Positions 10,846 through 23,528 of a stretch of 37,818 bases of DNA are shown here, piece after piece. How positions within the stretch are numbered: the stretch's first letter is position 1; each line of letters begins with the position of its first letter. Under the pieces are notes generated by a model, which saw only the letters and a list, made by a program, of their open reading frames with translations, was not told the DNA's origin and did no database searches. The DNA is from Spizellomyces punctatus DAOM BR117 (lineage: Eukaryota): the NCBI GenBank assembly GCA_000182565.2, contig KQ257467.1. One strand, written 5' to 3'. The translations under genes and the position numbers were made by a program.

Positions 10846-13748
10846 ATGCCAGCGCCATTTACCGACTCGACCAACGTTAGCTGTACGCGCCAAAGTCCAA
10901 ATGACCTCTCAAAGGCAACCCTTCCTTCGACGCCTCGCCGTCCTCTTCAACCAAAGTCCCATGCCGTAGTATCTTCTCCAATTGGTCCTTCCACTCCCAC
11001 AGCTGATGTTAGAAAATCTTTGGGGGTGGGCTTCGATACGTTTTCAGACGGTAAGTGCGAAGTTATCGACACTACGGCGAAGGTTTGCTTCAATCTTAAG
11101 GCGCACCTCGTCTTGGTTTCATAATATTAGGATTTTCCAATATTCCAACGTCTCCACTATCCTCCCCTCTCCGAGCAACGCGTCTTGACTCGTCACCTTT
11201 GCGTGCTACAACACCGAATAGGAAGCGACCGCGTGAAGAGTCCTTCGGTTGTCGGGCTGCTGAACAAGCCGAACCTGAAGCTTATCATCTGCAAACAGGC
11301 AAAGTATGGAAAAGTCATCAACCTCTGAATATCGAGCCGCCGGTATGTGCTCTGCCGGAATCGATCCTCAGAGATCGCAAAAATCTCTTCTCGCCCGCTG
11401 CATGGTTCTCTGGTACGAGGTTTGAGAGGCGACTTCCTTTCAATACGGCCATAACTGGCAGAGAACTATTTGGATCAAAATCCGGCCGTGTTATATATCG
11501 TAAGGCCCGTGCGTATAGACCATTTTGCCTATAAACTGTTACTGACAACGCGTTTCGTGGCAGCTTCGTTGAGAAAATATGTTTCAAAATTCGTTAGCAC
11601 TGAGCATGACATTTACAGAATTGTCTCTGAAGACGAGACATATATACCTCCGTTTACCTGTAGTTTCTGCAATGGTAAGCCGAACCATGGTCGCACCGAG
11701 CGTTAGCATCAACTCAAACGGACCTCCACATGCAGTCGCAAATGGCGGCAAATACTTAGCAATTGCGGACGAAGACGGTACAATTGGTATTGTCGACACT
11801 AGGCACGACGCAGTGTGGGAGAAAGGTGGGCTTTCATGCAAAGGAGTCATTAGTTGATTGTAGCTGATAGTTATCTCATTTGCAGAAAATCCTCGAACGC
11901 AATGGTTGGCGCACCAAAATGCCATATTCGATCTCTGCTGGACATCCGACGATCAATACTTGGTACATGAATGTGCTTGCAGTATGGGAATATGGCGGGG
12001 GCACTAATTTGAACGCCGTAGGTTACCGCAGCAGGCGATCAGACAGCGCGTTTGTGGGATGTTGAAAGGCAGGCATGTGTCTGTGTATTCCAAGGGCACA
12101 ATTGTAGCATCAAATCAGTTGCTCACAATGCGCGGAGCCCCAGTAAGTATTTATCATTTCGCAATCAAATATGTATGACCTAATAACGTAACGCCTGGTG
12201 AAGGTATATTTGCGACCGCCGCACGAGACGGAAAAATCATGACCTGGGACACTCGATGTAGCGGATTTTCTGACTCTACAGGTGAATGTCATTGTCACTT
12301 TTTTGTCTCCGGACCCTCACATGCAATGGCGGTAATCTAAAATGGATACTGTCGACAGAAACGTACCATCGGCCAACAGACACGATCAGACATGCGCATG
12401 CGCTGGTTAATTCCGGCGCCGGGCAGATGAACAAGAAGTCCCGCCGCGCTAACTCTTTACCGGTGAGTTCGTAATCACTCATGCTTGAAAACGACAAGAC
12501 TTAACAAATTGTGGGTCAGGCCAATCAATCTCAAAGCGTAACTACGGTACGATTTTGGAATAATACGGATAATATGCTAATATCGTCTGGTGCCGCGGAT
12601 GGGTACGTATCGTATGTATGCCCTGATACAGAGAGTACCTGTTTGCTGATAGAAACATCGAATCGAAGTTTGCTCAAAGTGTGGGACTTGCGAAATCACG
12701 GCTCACACACGCGGCGCGAGTTTCCGTCCCCTTATGCGACGTCATCCGTGATTGAAGGGAAAAAACGTCTGCATGGTAGGATAGCATCTCCATTTCGTTC
12801 AAAAACACAGACATAAAACAAACGACTGGGGCTTGCAGGTTTCTCTTCGTTTACCTTGGACTCACGAGGAAGCAGGTTATATGCTGCCTGCACAGACAAC
12901 AAGTTCGTTTCCATTGTACACATTAACATTTGGATGTCTCGGCGCATCTGACCTCATGATCGCAGCATATACGAGTTCAATCCAAACAATCTCAACACGC
13001 CCATTCACAGCTTCTCTGCCTCTACCTATCGATGCGACTCCTTCTACATCAAGACTACCGTATCACCCGATGACCGATTCCTAGCCAGTGGATCGTCCGA
13101 TTATGGATTGTATATATGGGAACTTGATGCGCCGGAGAAGCCACCTTTGGTCCTACGAGCGCATAGAGGGGAGGTGACGGGTGTTTCTTGGTCTAAGCAT
13201 GAGCTGGAGGAGGTATGAGAATTTCCGTTGTTTACAGATGAGCTGGCCTTCATGCGTTTCCCCCCAGCTTGCGTCTTGTTCGGACGATGCAAGTGTGCGC
13301 CTGTGGAAAATCGACAACGATTACAGGGAGGAAGAACAAGAGGTTGCGTATCGGGATTTGAGAGGACATGCAGAGGAGGGCGAATTGAAGGTTGAGAAAC
13401 GTTTGCGTAAGTGTGACCGTTGCGATATTGGGTGATCAATCTTGGCTCAACCCGAGCATGCTGAATCACTCTTTTATGCCAGATGTGTCCCGTCCCAGAA
13501 AATCAACTTCGATCGCACGACGTGACGAAAACACCGAAAACGATCCTCCAGAACTTGACCATACCTCGCGTGGCGATAATGGACCACCGGTCGGCTGTGT
13601 GACACCACAGTCGCGTGGACGGACCAGCGTTCGACGTCAGACAAGGGGGAACAACAGTCGTGGGGCATCTGTCTCCCGACGGAGCACTGGAAGAAGTATA
13701 ACGGATTACTTTTCTAGTCCACTCCCCGGTGGTAGCGGGAGTGGATGA
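10846..13748 (+). CDS. cdt2: Cdt2/DTL (DCAF2) WD40 substrate receptor of CRL4
   Basis: Many short introns. Spliced motifs PPFTCSF, KYLAIADEDGTIGIVDT, WLAHQNAIFDLCW, LVTAAGDQTARLWDV, ATAARDGKIMTWDTR, SSGAADGLLKVWDLR, CDSFYIK, LASGSSD and AHRGEVTGVSW are typical of Cdt2/DTL. C-terminal PIP-box-like RSITDYF. Confidence 0.85.
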
Positions 13749-14012
13749 GTGATTGTTTGTGCAAAATAGATGTAATATATTAGATGCTACCAGTGAGAAT
13801 ATCAAATGCAATGGGTCGGTCAAGGATCACAATGTACAATTTTTCAGCAAAAGTAACCTGAATGCTCCATCTATCCTTGACAGATACAAGCAGGTATTCA
13901 ATGCATTTACAGAATTTACAGAAATCTTGTCCTCACATGTACTATCAAATGTTCAATCATAAACAGCAGATTGGGTACCCGGGAACATGTATATTCCACA
14001 TGTAGTCTGCCA

Positions 14013-16073
14013 TCAGTGGGGGGGTACAAATTCCAAAAGGTCTCCAACATTTATCGTATCATCTCCCTCCAATACCCTTCGCACGTCCTCTAGCCACCAC
14101 CGAACAACCGCCTGGTCCCTTAGCTCATCCCCCAAAAGCCATCCCTCCTCATCCGTGCTCCCCATATCCCGCTCTCTGACTCTACGCCAAGTCTCTATCC
14201 AATTATCTCGCATTAAAGACAGATTGAGCACTCGCTTTCGTTCAGCAGTTTCACCACTTATTGTGCCAAACCGTGAATATAGTAATCTGACAGTCTCTGA
14301 GGCAGTACCAACATCTGCGGGGGGATCTGGGGCTACTATGCCGCCTGCTGGTGGGTAGTCGATGCTGAAGCGTTTGAGCCGGGTGCAACCGACACAGAGG
14401 TGAAGGAATGGGACAACGTCTTCGGAGCGGAGGACTTTGGGACAAAAGGATACGTCGAATTCGGCGAGGTTTTTGGCGTAGCGAGCTAAACTTGTGAGAC
14501 ATTGAACTGTGGGACTTGCGCAGCGGGATATATCAAAGAATTCCAGGTATGGGCATCGAGATGCAAGTTCTGTTACACACATATCATCGATGCGTGTTCG
14601 ACCCGCGTCCAAATAGGAAAGGTTTGGACAGCTTCGTGCGACGGCAACGATAAAGTCATTTGCAAGACGGCTGTTGCTGGAAATGATAAGCTTATTGAGG
14701 TTGACGAATGTGACAGTGTTGATGTCCATGCCCATTGGGGCGGGTGGCCACACTAGAACACTAAGAGATCGGAGCTCCCGACCCTCTTCGCTAACCGTTT
14801 GCAGCATCTGATGTGCGCGATCTGGCGCAAGGGGAACTCCACGCAAGCGCAGTCTCCGGAGGCGACTACTTCGCTGCATCAAAAGACGGAGATCAGTGCA
14901 AAACGTACGGAGGCTTTCCTCGTCGTTGGGTTGTGCCCCCTCTTCCATAGGTAAGTCAAGCCATAGATCCATCAGTTGATTATTGTGCTCTGCAATAGTG
15001 CCAAGTAATTGGTCGTGAAGGGAGGGTATATAGAGAGCGAGACTTTGCAGGCGAGGGGCACGCTGTTTACACATAACATGAGTGAAAGCTAATATATTAC
15101 ATTTACTCGACGCAAATACGTACCTTTAAGAAATATCTCAATCCCGAAGCAGTACACCCCATGCACTTTGTCAGATGAAAATCTGTGATAACATTCCCAA
15201 ACCGTTCGGCGAGCGCTGCGCATTGCGAGTCCAAGACTGCAACGCCTGCCAACTTCAGCCATAGTGATGTGGATGGTGGCGTTACACGGATCAGCCGTTC
15301 GAGAAATGCTGTGGCGGTTGCTTGCAATGGAATAGTCGCTTCCTCCACTCGTAGTGTCAACCCAAGATCCTTAACTTTTGGAAAGCATTTTATGATCCCC
15401 GGAACGAGCTGTGAGGTAGATCAGACTCGTGAGAAACTTGTGAAAGTTTTGACCATCTAAACGCATCGCCGCAGCTGTTACCTCTACGATGCGCGAGAAC
15501 TCCTCCACAACCCTCCGTGATACGAATTCATTGTTTTTCAAGTGTAGCTGTATGGCCACGGCACGAGGAAACGATGCATAATCGTGGCTCGTGTTTGGCA
15601 TGGACAATGTTCGCCAAAGGCGATCCAATGAACGAACAATGAGCCCGAGGGGAAAATTGCTATGGGCGAATCTGAGCACTTGGGCTTGAACACGACGCAC
15701 TTCCAGCTACGTACCTTCTTGGTGCTATTCGCTCCCATAGTACTGGTAGAGCGCATGCGGCCCATTCCTTGTTTACTAATGCGTTATTCAGAAATTGTCT
15801 TCTCGAGTTGGTGTACGCAAAGCGAAGAACATGTGTGAGAATTTCTGGTGGAAGTCGTAACGCTCGTCTTTTTCTTCGTTTTCTGCTGGGTTGCCCTTCC
15901 AAATCGTCACCAGACTCATATGCACTTGGGTTATTATCCGAGTCAAAGTGCGATATTTCCATGAGACTCGAGGAGGACTCATCGTCTCCATCCCCTTGAA
16001 TGTCCATCGTCCAACTAGACATTGCAGCGGGTGGAGTTTCGGGCGGGAGTGGATATGGACCTGATGGCTCCAT
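14013..16073 (-). CDS. F-box / leucine-rich-repeat (RNI-like) protein
   Basis: F-box LRLPPEILTHVLRFA..ALVNKEWAACALPVLW, preceded by the basic NLS-like RKRRKRR. LRRs such as SCPNLSYLDAGRTRIDDMCVTELASRCPYLEFFDISRC. Three GT-AG introns (about 15661-15714, 15411-15481, 15065-15123). Confidence 0.85.
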
Positions 16074-17215
16074 GTTGCACGATGCCAGCAGAGCGGACGA
16101 ATGATGCGGCACTGGCAGTGTGAAAAAGAGCACCGTTTGCTCAAGGTAAAAAGTCGACAGCGTTTCTGGAGCGCCTGCCAATTATAGATCACAATTTGGC
16201 ATCAAAGTAATGAATCAGCACACGTGACCGATTAATTTCCCAAATTGCATGAATATAAACAAAGGGCATGTCCTTGGTTTTTATGGATAAACATTAATGC
16301 ATTGATCGCAAAAGTTATAAACATTGATGCATTCATGGCAATGATGGATTATTCTCTGCTGTCGTTACAAGCTGTGCAACTGGCGATTGTTGTCGCTTTG
16401 GAAGGGAGTGGATTTTGATGCCTAACCGTGCTGTCTCGTTTCGGAATGGCCTCAAATGGAGGAAATGAAATGGAGGTTGAGAACAGCCATCTGAATTCTG
16501 CAAGGTCTTAAAGTACCTCCTTGCACATGCACGCATTTTGAGGGTCTAGATGAAAAAGTTGTACGGATCTGTGCGAGACAGATTGTTAGATGAAATCGAG
16601 CACACAGAGGGATATATAGACTGGAAGAGATGGGCAAACGTTTTTGTTGAATCGGCCCGTAGAATTTATAGAAATGTACGAGTGCTACCCGTAGAATCAA
16701 ATGTGCGAGATTTGATAGCGTTTTTGCGACCGTTGTACTGCGCTTCTGGATATTTTAAAGGCACATCTCATTCACTCAAGTCAGTTAGTCGGCTGATCTC
16801 TGACAGATATTGCCAGTGGATCATTGTCAACAAGCACTTGAACGTCTACTTTTCACTGTCGAAAGATGCACTCCATTGCTATTGTTTTTCGGGGAAGCAT
16901 TCCACGCTGTTGGCATGAACTTGGTCATTTTTGGTTCGACAATTGGTTCCAACCTGGGAATCATCACTGGCCTGCATGCAAGGGTAACGTACCATCCAAC
17001 TCTGCGAACGTACACGCATCTGCGCATTGGACAGGCCTGTTACGCCGACACAGACGACAGTAACGCTGCCAAGTCAACAAAAGGAAATTGGGGATTCAGT
17101 TTGGGTAGTCTGTGATATGTGCTATTGAAGGCAGTACCTGCTCTGCGGAACTCATGGCACCGCAAGGCCCGAGAAAAGTCAACCACTTATTTGCTCTGCC
17201 TGGGAACACACTTCT

Positions 17216-19032
17216 ATGCCACCCCTAGGCTCTCTCAAACGCAAGCGGTCGTACTTGCCGCCCGAAATCCTCGACCGAATATTTACTCTCCTACAAAGAT
17301 CGTCGTCAAACACCTTTCGCCATAGCGATGAGGAGATGCTTGTCAGCCGTAAGAGTCTTCATGCATGCTGCCTTGTATGTCACGCGTGGTACTTTTCTGC
17401 GGCTGCTACGCTGTGGAACCATCCTACCTTTCCGAACCTCGACAGTTTTGTCAAATTCGTTGCGACATGTCACCGCATTGGACTCGATAGACGAAAGAAG
17501 ATGGGACAACGTAATGATGGGATCGGCGAGACAAATGTGGTACATAGAGGCAGTGAAACCGTATGGATTGCAAGATGGGGGATCGAAAACCTGCGATCCT
17601 TACATCTGAATGAAAACGCCTTTTTACCAGTGTTTTGTACCCACAAGCATTTGGCATTGATTGCGGATGCAAGACCTGAACTTCATCATTTGTCGTTGGC
17701 AAATTGTCATGCGCTGAATGACGCCGCTCTTTCGCAAATTGTTTGTTCAGTAGCTCCATCGCTGAGGACGCTCGATCTGACCAACTGTTGGCAAGTCCGC
17801 GATATTGGAGTTCAGATGGTTGCCCAATTCTGCGGGCCATGGAAAACGCTGCAGAAGCTAGTGTTGAGAAACTTGGGCTTGGTATCTAATCTCGGGCTGG
17901 CTGCCATCGGCGAGCATTTAGCGCCATTTTTGAGAGTTCTCGACGTGAGCAATTGTCGTAGTATAAGTGACTCTGGAATGGCGAATTTCCTGGGGAAGAC
18001 TTTGGTTGAAGAGGTTGAAACTGGACGAGTCTCAGGAAGGCGTGTTCGGAGACTGGGGCGATCTCGCGGCAAGCTCCTGGAACTGCGGTTTTGTGGGTGT
18101 AGACGGTTTACTCGAATAGGGTTCAACGCTGTTTTGGCCAAAGCGTTGAAGAACAACCCCGATTTACATACACTCGAGTTCTCAACGCCAGTTCCTCCAA
18201 AGGTGAGTCATGCTTGAGTATTATCTTCTTTGCAGGCCCGCAGGCTCATCGGTTGTGTGCCTAGGGATCACCCAATTATACCTTCCACAGTTTCCCCATA
18301 CAATGCTTCAAAACGTTAACTAGCCTCCACATTCATCGTGCAGAATATCTGGATGACGAGCGCATTCGCTCATTAGCAGACAATTGCGGACCCCTGTTAA
18401 AGGAGTTCTCTTTGATCAACGGCATTTACGTTAGCGAGGTCGCGCTCAAGTACCTGCTGACGCACTGCGTCCGATTAACGCATCTATCTCTCAAAAAAAC
18501 ACACCTGGTAACGGACGCGGTGGTGGAGCATTTGACGAAATGCTCATGTATGCCGCATTTGAGTTTTCTGGATCTATCTGGCTGTAAGTGGGTGACGGAC
18601 AGAGCAGCGGAAGCTTTGGCGAAATCCGCGGAAGAGAAGCCGTCTGCTGCCGATGAGAATACCAACCCCTTTAAAAGGGCGATTTATTCTTCCACCCGAA
18701 CGCCTCGGGCAGCATCCTTGACTCATCTCATCGTGGTGGATTGTCCACAGCTGACCCTTCGCGGTCTACTGACAACGATTCGCGGATGTTATCCACCAGC
18801 GGGCTTGCTAGAGGAAGTTCATGTTACAGGCGCCAACAACAACATGGAGTTGGACGTGATGACCGACATTGGCCCCGGCGGGAGTGTGAGCGAAGCGACT
18901 TTGTTTGAGATGGTTCCACAACGTGTCGGGGTGAATGCCGTACGGCAAAAGGAACCGAGATGGGTGGAGATTATCAAGGGCCAACGCTTAAGTTTTCTAG
19001 CTGGCTGTGGCGAATGCGAAATAAACGTGTGA
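17216..19032 (+). CDS. F-box / leucine-rich-repeat protein (Grr1/FBXL-like LRRs)
   Basis: F-box YLPPEILDRIFTLL..LHACCLVCHAWYFSAAATLWNHP. Cys-containing LRRs (LHHLSLANCHALNDAAL, LRTLDLTNCWQVRDIGV, LDVSNCRSISDSGM, LDLSGCKWVTD). Exons 17216-18202 and 18265-19032 join in frame. Confidence 0.88.
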
Positions 19033-19289
19033 AGACGTGCAGTGGATGAGATGTGGAGGTGATTGTATAAAATTTGGGTAACTTTCCTGCTGCCACTGCG
19101 CAGAGGACGAATGACTGTAAATGACGGGTATTTAATGGGTATCTCTTGATGTTTGACAATATCTGCTTCCCAGTTTGAAAGCACAGACCACTTTTTTTTC
19201 TCAAGCCGGTATCTATTTAATCTTTGTCAGAGGTACGGAGAGTGATGAAATGGGGGTGTCCACAAGCACACCGCCATGGAAGGAAGCGC

Positions 19290-19296
19290 AAAAAAA
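19290..19296 (-). terminator. RNA polymerase III terminator (T7) of the tRNA gene
   Basis: Run of 7 T on the minus strand about 19 nt downstream of the tRNA 3' end. Confidence 0.65.
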
Positions 19297-19314
19297 GACA
19301 GCACATGTTTCAAA

Positions 19315-19387
19315 CGAGCCTACCAGGATTCGAACCTGGAATCTCCTGATCCGTAGTCAGGCGCCTTATCCATTGGGCCATAGGCCC
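19315..19387 (-). tRNA. tRNA-Arg (anticodon ACG), intronless, 73 nt
   Basis: Minus strand reads GGGCCTATGGCCCAATGGATAAGGCGCCTGACTACGGATCAGGAGATTCCAGGTTCGAATCCTGGTAGGCTCG. Acceptor stem GGGCCTA/TAGGCTC, anticodon arm CCTGA-CTACGGA-TCAGG, T loop GTTCGAATC. Confidence 0.97.
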
Positions 19388-19545
19388 CGTTGAAAAACTA
19401 GGATGCGGATTAAATTCTCATAGTTACTGCGCCGCTTAGTATTCTCTGCGCCATACTAAGCGCATCGTTGGTAGCAACAAGCAACGGGCATCGTCCTTGT
19501 TTCGCCTGCCACTCCATCGTTCTGAACGACGACCATTTACCAGGC

Positions 19546-20332
19546 ATGGGTTTCCTCGAAAAGTTTATGGCCCGTCACTTTGGGGGCATCCCCAAGTCCT
19601 TCAGGGATTTGGAGTGGATTATCCGAGTGGTGAGTAGTTTACTTGCGTGGGGCTCAGTCTCTCGTAGTAGAAGGGCATCGTACCTGTCCTGTTGATTGCT
19701 GGCTAAACTCGCATTCCTTGTTGGTTTCAGAGACCCGATCTTCCCCCAATCATGTGCAAGGTCAGTACAGGACCATGAGGGATTTATGTTGAGGTCATCA
19801 CTCTAACAAGACTTCCCTACAGGCCGACGAGTACCGTACTACCAGCCCTGGGTAACTCTAGCAGGTTTACCTACACCTTGCTCAATCACGTTAACAATAT
19901 TCGTTTATTAGCTCTCAACCGACATACAATCCTGCTACTGAGGAAAAGATTTCCAAAAACTATTATTTCACCCGCGACACGAGACGTCAATACCCTCAGA
20001 CAGTTGTGTACAAGGCTGAGGAATTTCAAGGGCTTTTGCCTGGTGGTGTAGAGGCCAAGAGGTGCGCTGCTTTGTCTTACGAGATGTGCCCATCCAGTTG
20101 CACTATTGTCATAATGTAGTTGGCAACTAAACTTCCACGTCATCACTTCAGTCTTCCCCTTGACACAACGACCCCACACGCTGTTAAAGGCACTCCAGCC
20201 TCCTCGGAAGCCGCATATACTCCCCAGAATCTTCCACCAATCATCAACAAAAAATACCATTGGAAACCGTCCATGCCACACCTCAAGCCCAACGAAGTGA
20301 ACCCGCAGCTCTGCATTCGCGGCGCCACGTAG
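19546..20332 (+). CDS. Mitochondrial complex I accessory subunit, NDUFA7 / fungal NUZM (21.3 kDa)-like
   Basis: Five exons (19546-19629, 19731-19760, 19823-19851, 19912-20061, 20152-20332), all in frame. They give ..EYRTTSPGSQPTYNPATEEKISKNYYFTRDTRRQYPQTVVY.., matching the YRxPSPGSQ and NxYxxRDxRRxYP motifs of this family. Confidence 0.8.
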
Positions 20333-20623
20333 AAGTACATGCTGATGGGAAAGTAGGGCCATCTGCCTTCATAGAATTTGTACACTGGGTGGATGTATCT
20401 ATAGCTGACTGTTAAATGGAAAGCACATTGGTAGCGAGAACACGGACGTGCCTCATTTGACCTACCCTTGTCATATTTGCTCCTTGTCCTAATGGAACCG
20501 TAGATCAGCAGAGCGAATATCGTAATCTACCGACCATTCGTATTTTGTTGCACATAACCTCAAAATACAACTTGGCAATCTAATTAAACCAATCCACTCA
20601 AAGAATTATTTTACAAAAGTAAC

Positions 20624-23019
20624 TCATTGCTCACTGCCTCCGATCACGACCTCCGAGGACCTTTTGCCGTGAGTTTCCCGAACTTTTAAAGCCATAAAGC
20701 CAGCCACGATACTAGATATCGCTCCAATTCTAAGGACCCACCCTACAGAATCATACGGGTCTACTTCAATATCCCCTCCTAGTCTCCTTCCGTCTCCCCC
20801 ATGTTGTTTGGCTATGTATCCAATGATGGCAAAAACGACGCTGCAGAGAAAGGTTGAAAGGAACTGGGGAAGGACAATGTAGATATTGTGAATACCCAAC
20901 ACCATGCCAGCGTCCAAGTGATGGCTGCTGCACGACGGTGCGTTGCTATCCGGAAGAAGTCCTTCATTTTGAGACATAGTGGCGTCATCACGTACAATCC
21001 GCGCTATGTCGTCATCTTCGGGTATACCATCATACCCTTCATCATCTTCAGGTACGCCGGCGTACCTGGCTACCCTTTCTCGCGCAACGCTCGGGGTCGG
21101 TGTTACAATGTCGCCGTTTTCCGCGTAGTAGTTGATGCATTCTCCGAGAAGAGTGAAGGGTACCCATTGCATCGTACCTATGAGTAAAAAGAAAAGAAAA
21201 GCGCAGTAGTGGTTCGTTCGAGCAAGAACAAACGAGCGCCGAATGGTGATGAACCACCAGGTAAGCAAGGGTGATTCAGAAGCAAAAACGAAAAACAATG
21301 GACGATCCACGCTCTTTCACGGCACGACACGTCAACGTGAGTCGAGCAACGTCTCGATTTTGTGCTTCCCTCAGTCGCCATCATTACCATGAGAACAAGA
21401 AAAGGAACTGGCAATACCCACCCCATGATATACCAACTGCGGCAATGATGGCAGTTGCTGGTTTCAAGGTGTCGATGAATCCAGTAGAGAACATCAATCC
21501 CGCAAATAACCATATGCTTATTGCCCAAACAGCGGGCAAGCTGAGGAGTCGTAGCAAGTAATTACGGCAAGTTCCACATCGTGAAGCATTGCCCTCTTCT
21601 TCGTCCCGAGTGTCATCGTCTCCACCGCCTCGAACCGTAATCAACGGTAACAGAAATCCGGTCACAAGAGACACAATCGCAAACAAGAGCATAGCAAAGG
21701 AACCAGCACGCGTGCCTTCCATGTCGCCGTCATCGTCAAAACCGCCAATGTGACTTTTGATGGCCTTCTCGCCTACCCACGTGGTGCTAAGGAAAAGAAA
21801 ACGATATCAGCTCAGCCTCATGGGCGGTAATCCGTTTGCTAAACCACGATTACCTGTAGAACAGGAAAGGAAAAACGCCCAGCCACGCAAAAAATTGCAC
21901 ATTGCAGATGCTCTGTAATGGAGCAGGCAGTGACCTTAAAGCTTGGAATATGTCTAATAGCGGTCTATACCAAGCTCGTGCCTTCTGTACCGGATCGGGT
22001 ACATATCGCTTCTCTTTGATGAACCAGCAGGTCAGACCCAGCGAGGTGGAGAACCACAGTCCCGCCAACCAGCATAGAACTTTCATCTGGGTGTCTCCCA
22101 GGAATGGGAAGTACACAGGAAGGTCCAGAAACCCCATAAAGTATCCAATGACATTCCCGACGCCAATCATTCGACCTCCCCAGGCGTTGGCAGACTCTTG
22201 TTGCCAGATCGGCGCGACGTCTACGATAAGTGAGCGACAACTGGCCTGGACAGCATTGATGGAAAAGTCCAAGAAGTAGAAGCCAGTGACTGCTACAATA
22301 ATCGTTGCCGCCTGTATCTGCAAGGATACTCACGTTAGCAAGTATCATTGGCTCTACTGCAATAGACTCAAATGCCAACCGAGCTCATCTTATCAGGAGA
22401 GGTCCCCCAAATTAAATGCGCAATCTCGCGAGAATAAGCAATCATTCCAATGGACATGAGTACCAACAAGCCGCCGCCTACAAAAGCATAAGCAAACCTG
22501 ACGACGAACGATCAATTTGATGCGCTAGTCACTAACCTAACATGAAAGGCCTTCTTCGTCCCAAGCGGAGGGTACATTTATCACTATACACTCCAACAAT
22601 AGGCTGAATCAACAAACCGGATAAAGGTCCAGCCAACCAAACAAGGGCGGTCAAAGCTTTTGGCAGATTGAGAGAAGTAAGGTACGGTGTCCCATATGCC
22701 AACTCTACCGTCCCTATTTCAGCAATACCAAATGATGAGCTTACTTCAATTGAAGACTAAGAACAAGTCGCCCAAACTCACATGTGAACTGCACTCCAGT
22801 CAAACATATTGTCAACAAAATCATACCGCCTAACCCCAGCTCTTCTTTTTGTCTTATCTTGGAGACCACCACCTCATCCTCCCAATCCTCGTCCTGCTCC
22901 TCCTCGGGATGAACAGCTATGGTAGCGGCAGAGTCACCCATTTGGCGCAATTCGACAACCGTCGGTGGACGAGGACTTGGAAAAGGGGGGAGAACGCCAG
23001 CTGGCGCCGTCTTGGGCAC
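20624..23019 (-). CDS. MFS glycoside-pentoside-hexuronide transporter, SUT/SLC45 type (fungal Sut1-like alpha-glucoside/sucrose permease)
   Basis: Motifs GVQFTWTVELAYGTPYLLSL, VWLAGPLSGLLIQPIVGVYSD..LGRRRPF, FYFLDFSINAVQASCRSLIVD, VQFFAWLGVFPFLFY, GTRAGSFAMLLFAIV, WVPFTLLGE, AGMVLGIHNIYIVLPQF. Several introns, including an unusually long one at 21178-21421. Confidence 0.92.
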
Positions 23020-23528
23020 GAATAATCAGGTGAACGAGAGAGTACTCTTTGCTCTGCCTCAGTACGACGGAGTTTCGTGTCTTTCAGCGTTGGGGAACTT
23101 GTCCAAATTGGAAGCAAAATCAGGTTGTTTTCCTGGGCAAAAGGGCTGCGTCGAACGACGACGAGCCTCCTGTGACGTGTTGTGTCATATAACCATTTTG
23201 GGCGTGGCTTAGACCTTAACTCCGCAAGCTTCAACAAAAGACTTACCTTGGGGGCCTTTTTCAAGGGTTTTCTAGGCTTTGTTTTTTTCCGCAATATGCG
23301 ACATGCCTTTGTTTTGATGAATATATCCAGTCGATGCATTTTCGACAGTCTTAATAAGAGGGTATTGTCTCTGATCTAGCAAGCATATCCAACGGGCCGG
23401 TTTTGACTACGTAATGAAGTTTTAGTTTGCATTGTAAAATCCCCGACAACTTCTAGATCCCTCCTACATTTAGCACGTAAACCATCGCTCTTGCTTCTCA
23501 GTTTCTGATCTTAGTTGAAAACCCGACC

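Noticed and set aside
21178..21421. TPP riboswitch in the long transporter intron
   Set aside because: The conserved CTGAGA and TGAT..GxTAATxCxxGCG core motifs are not present.
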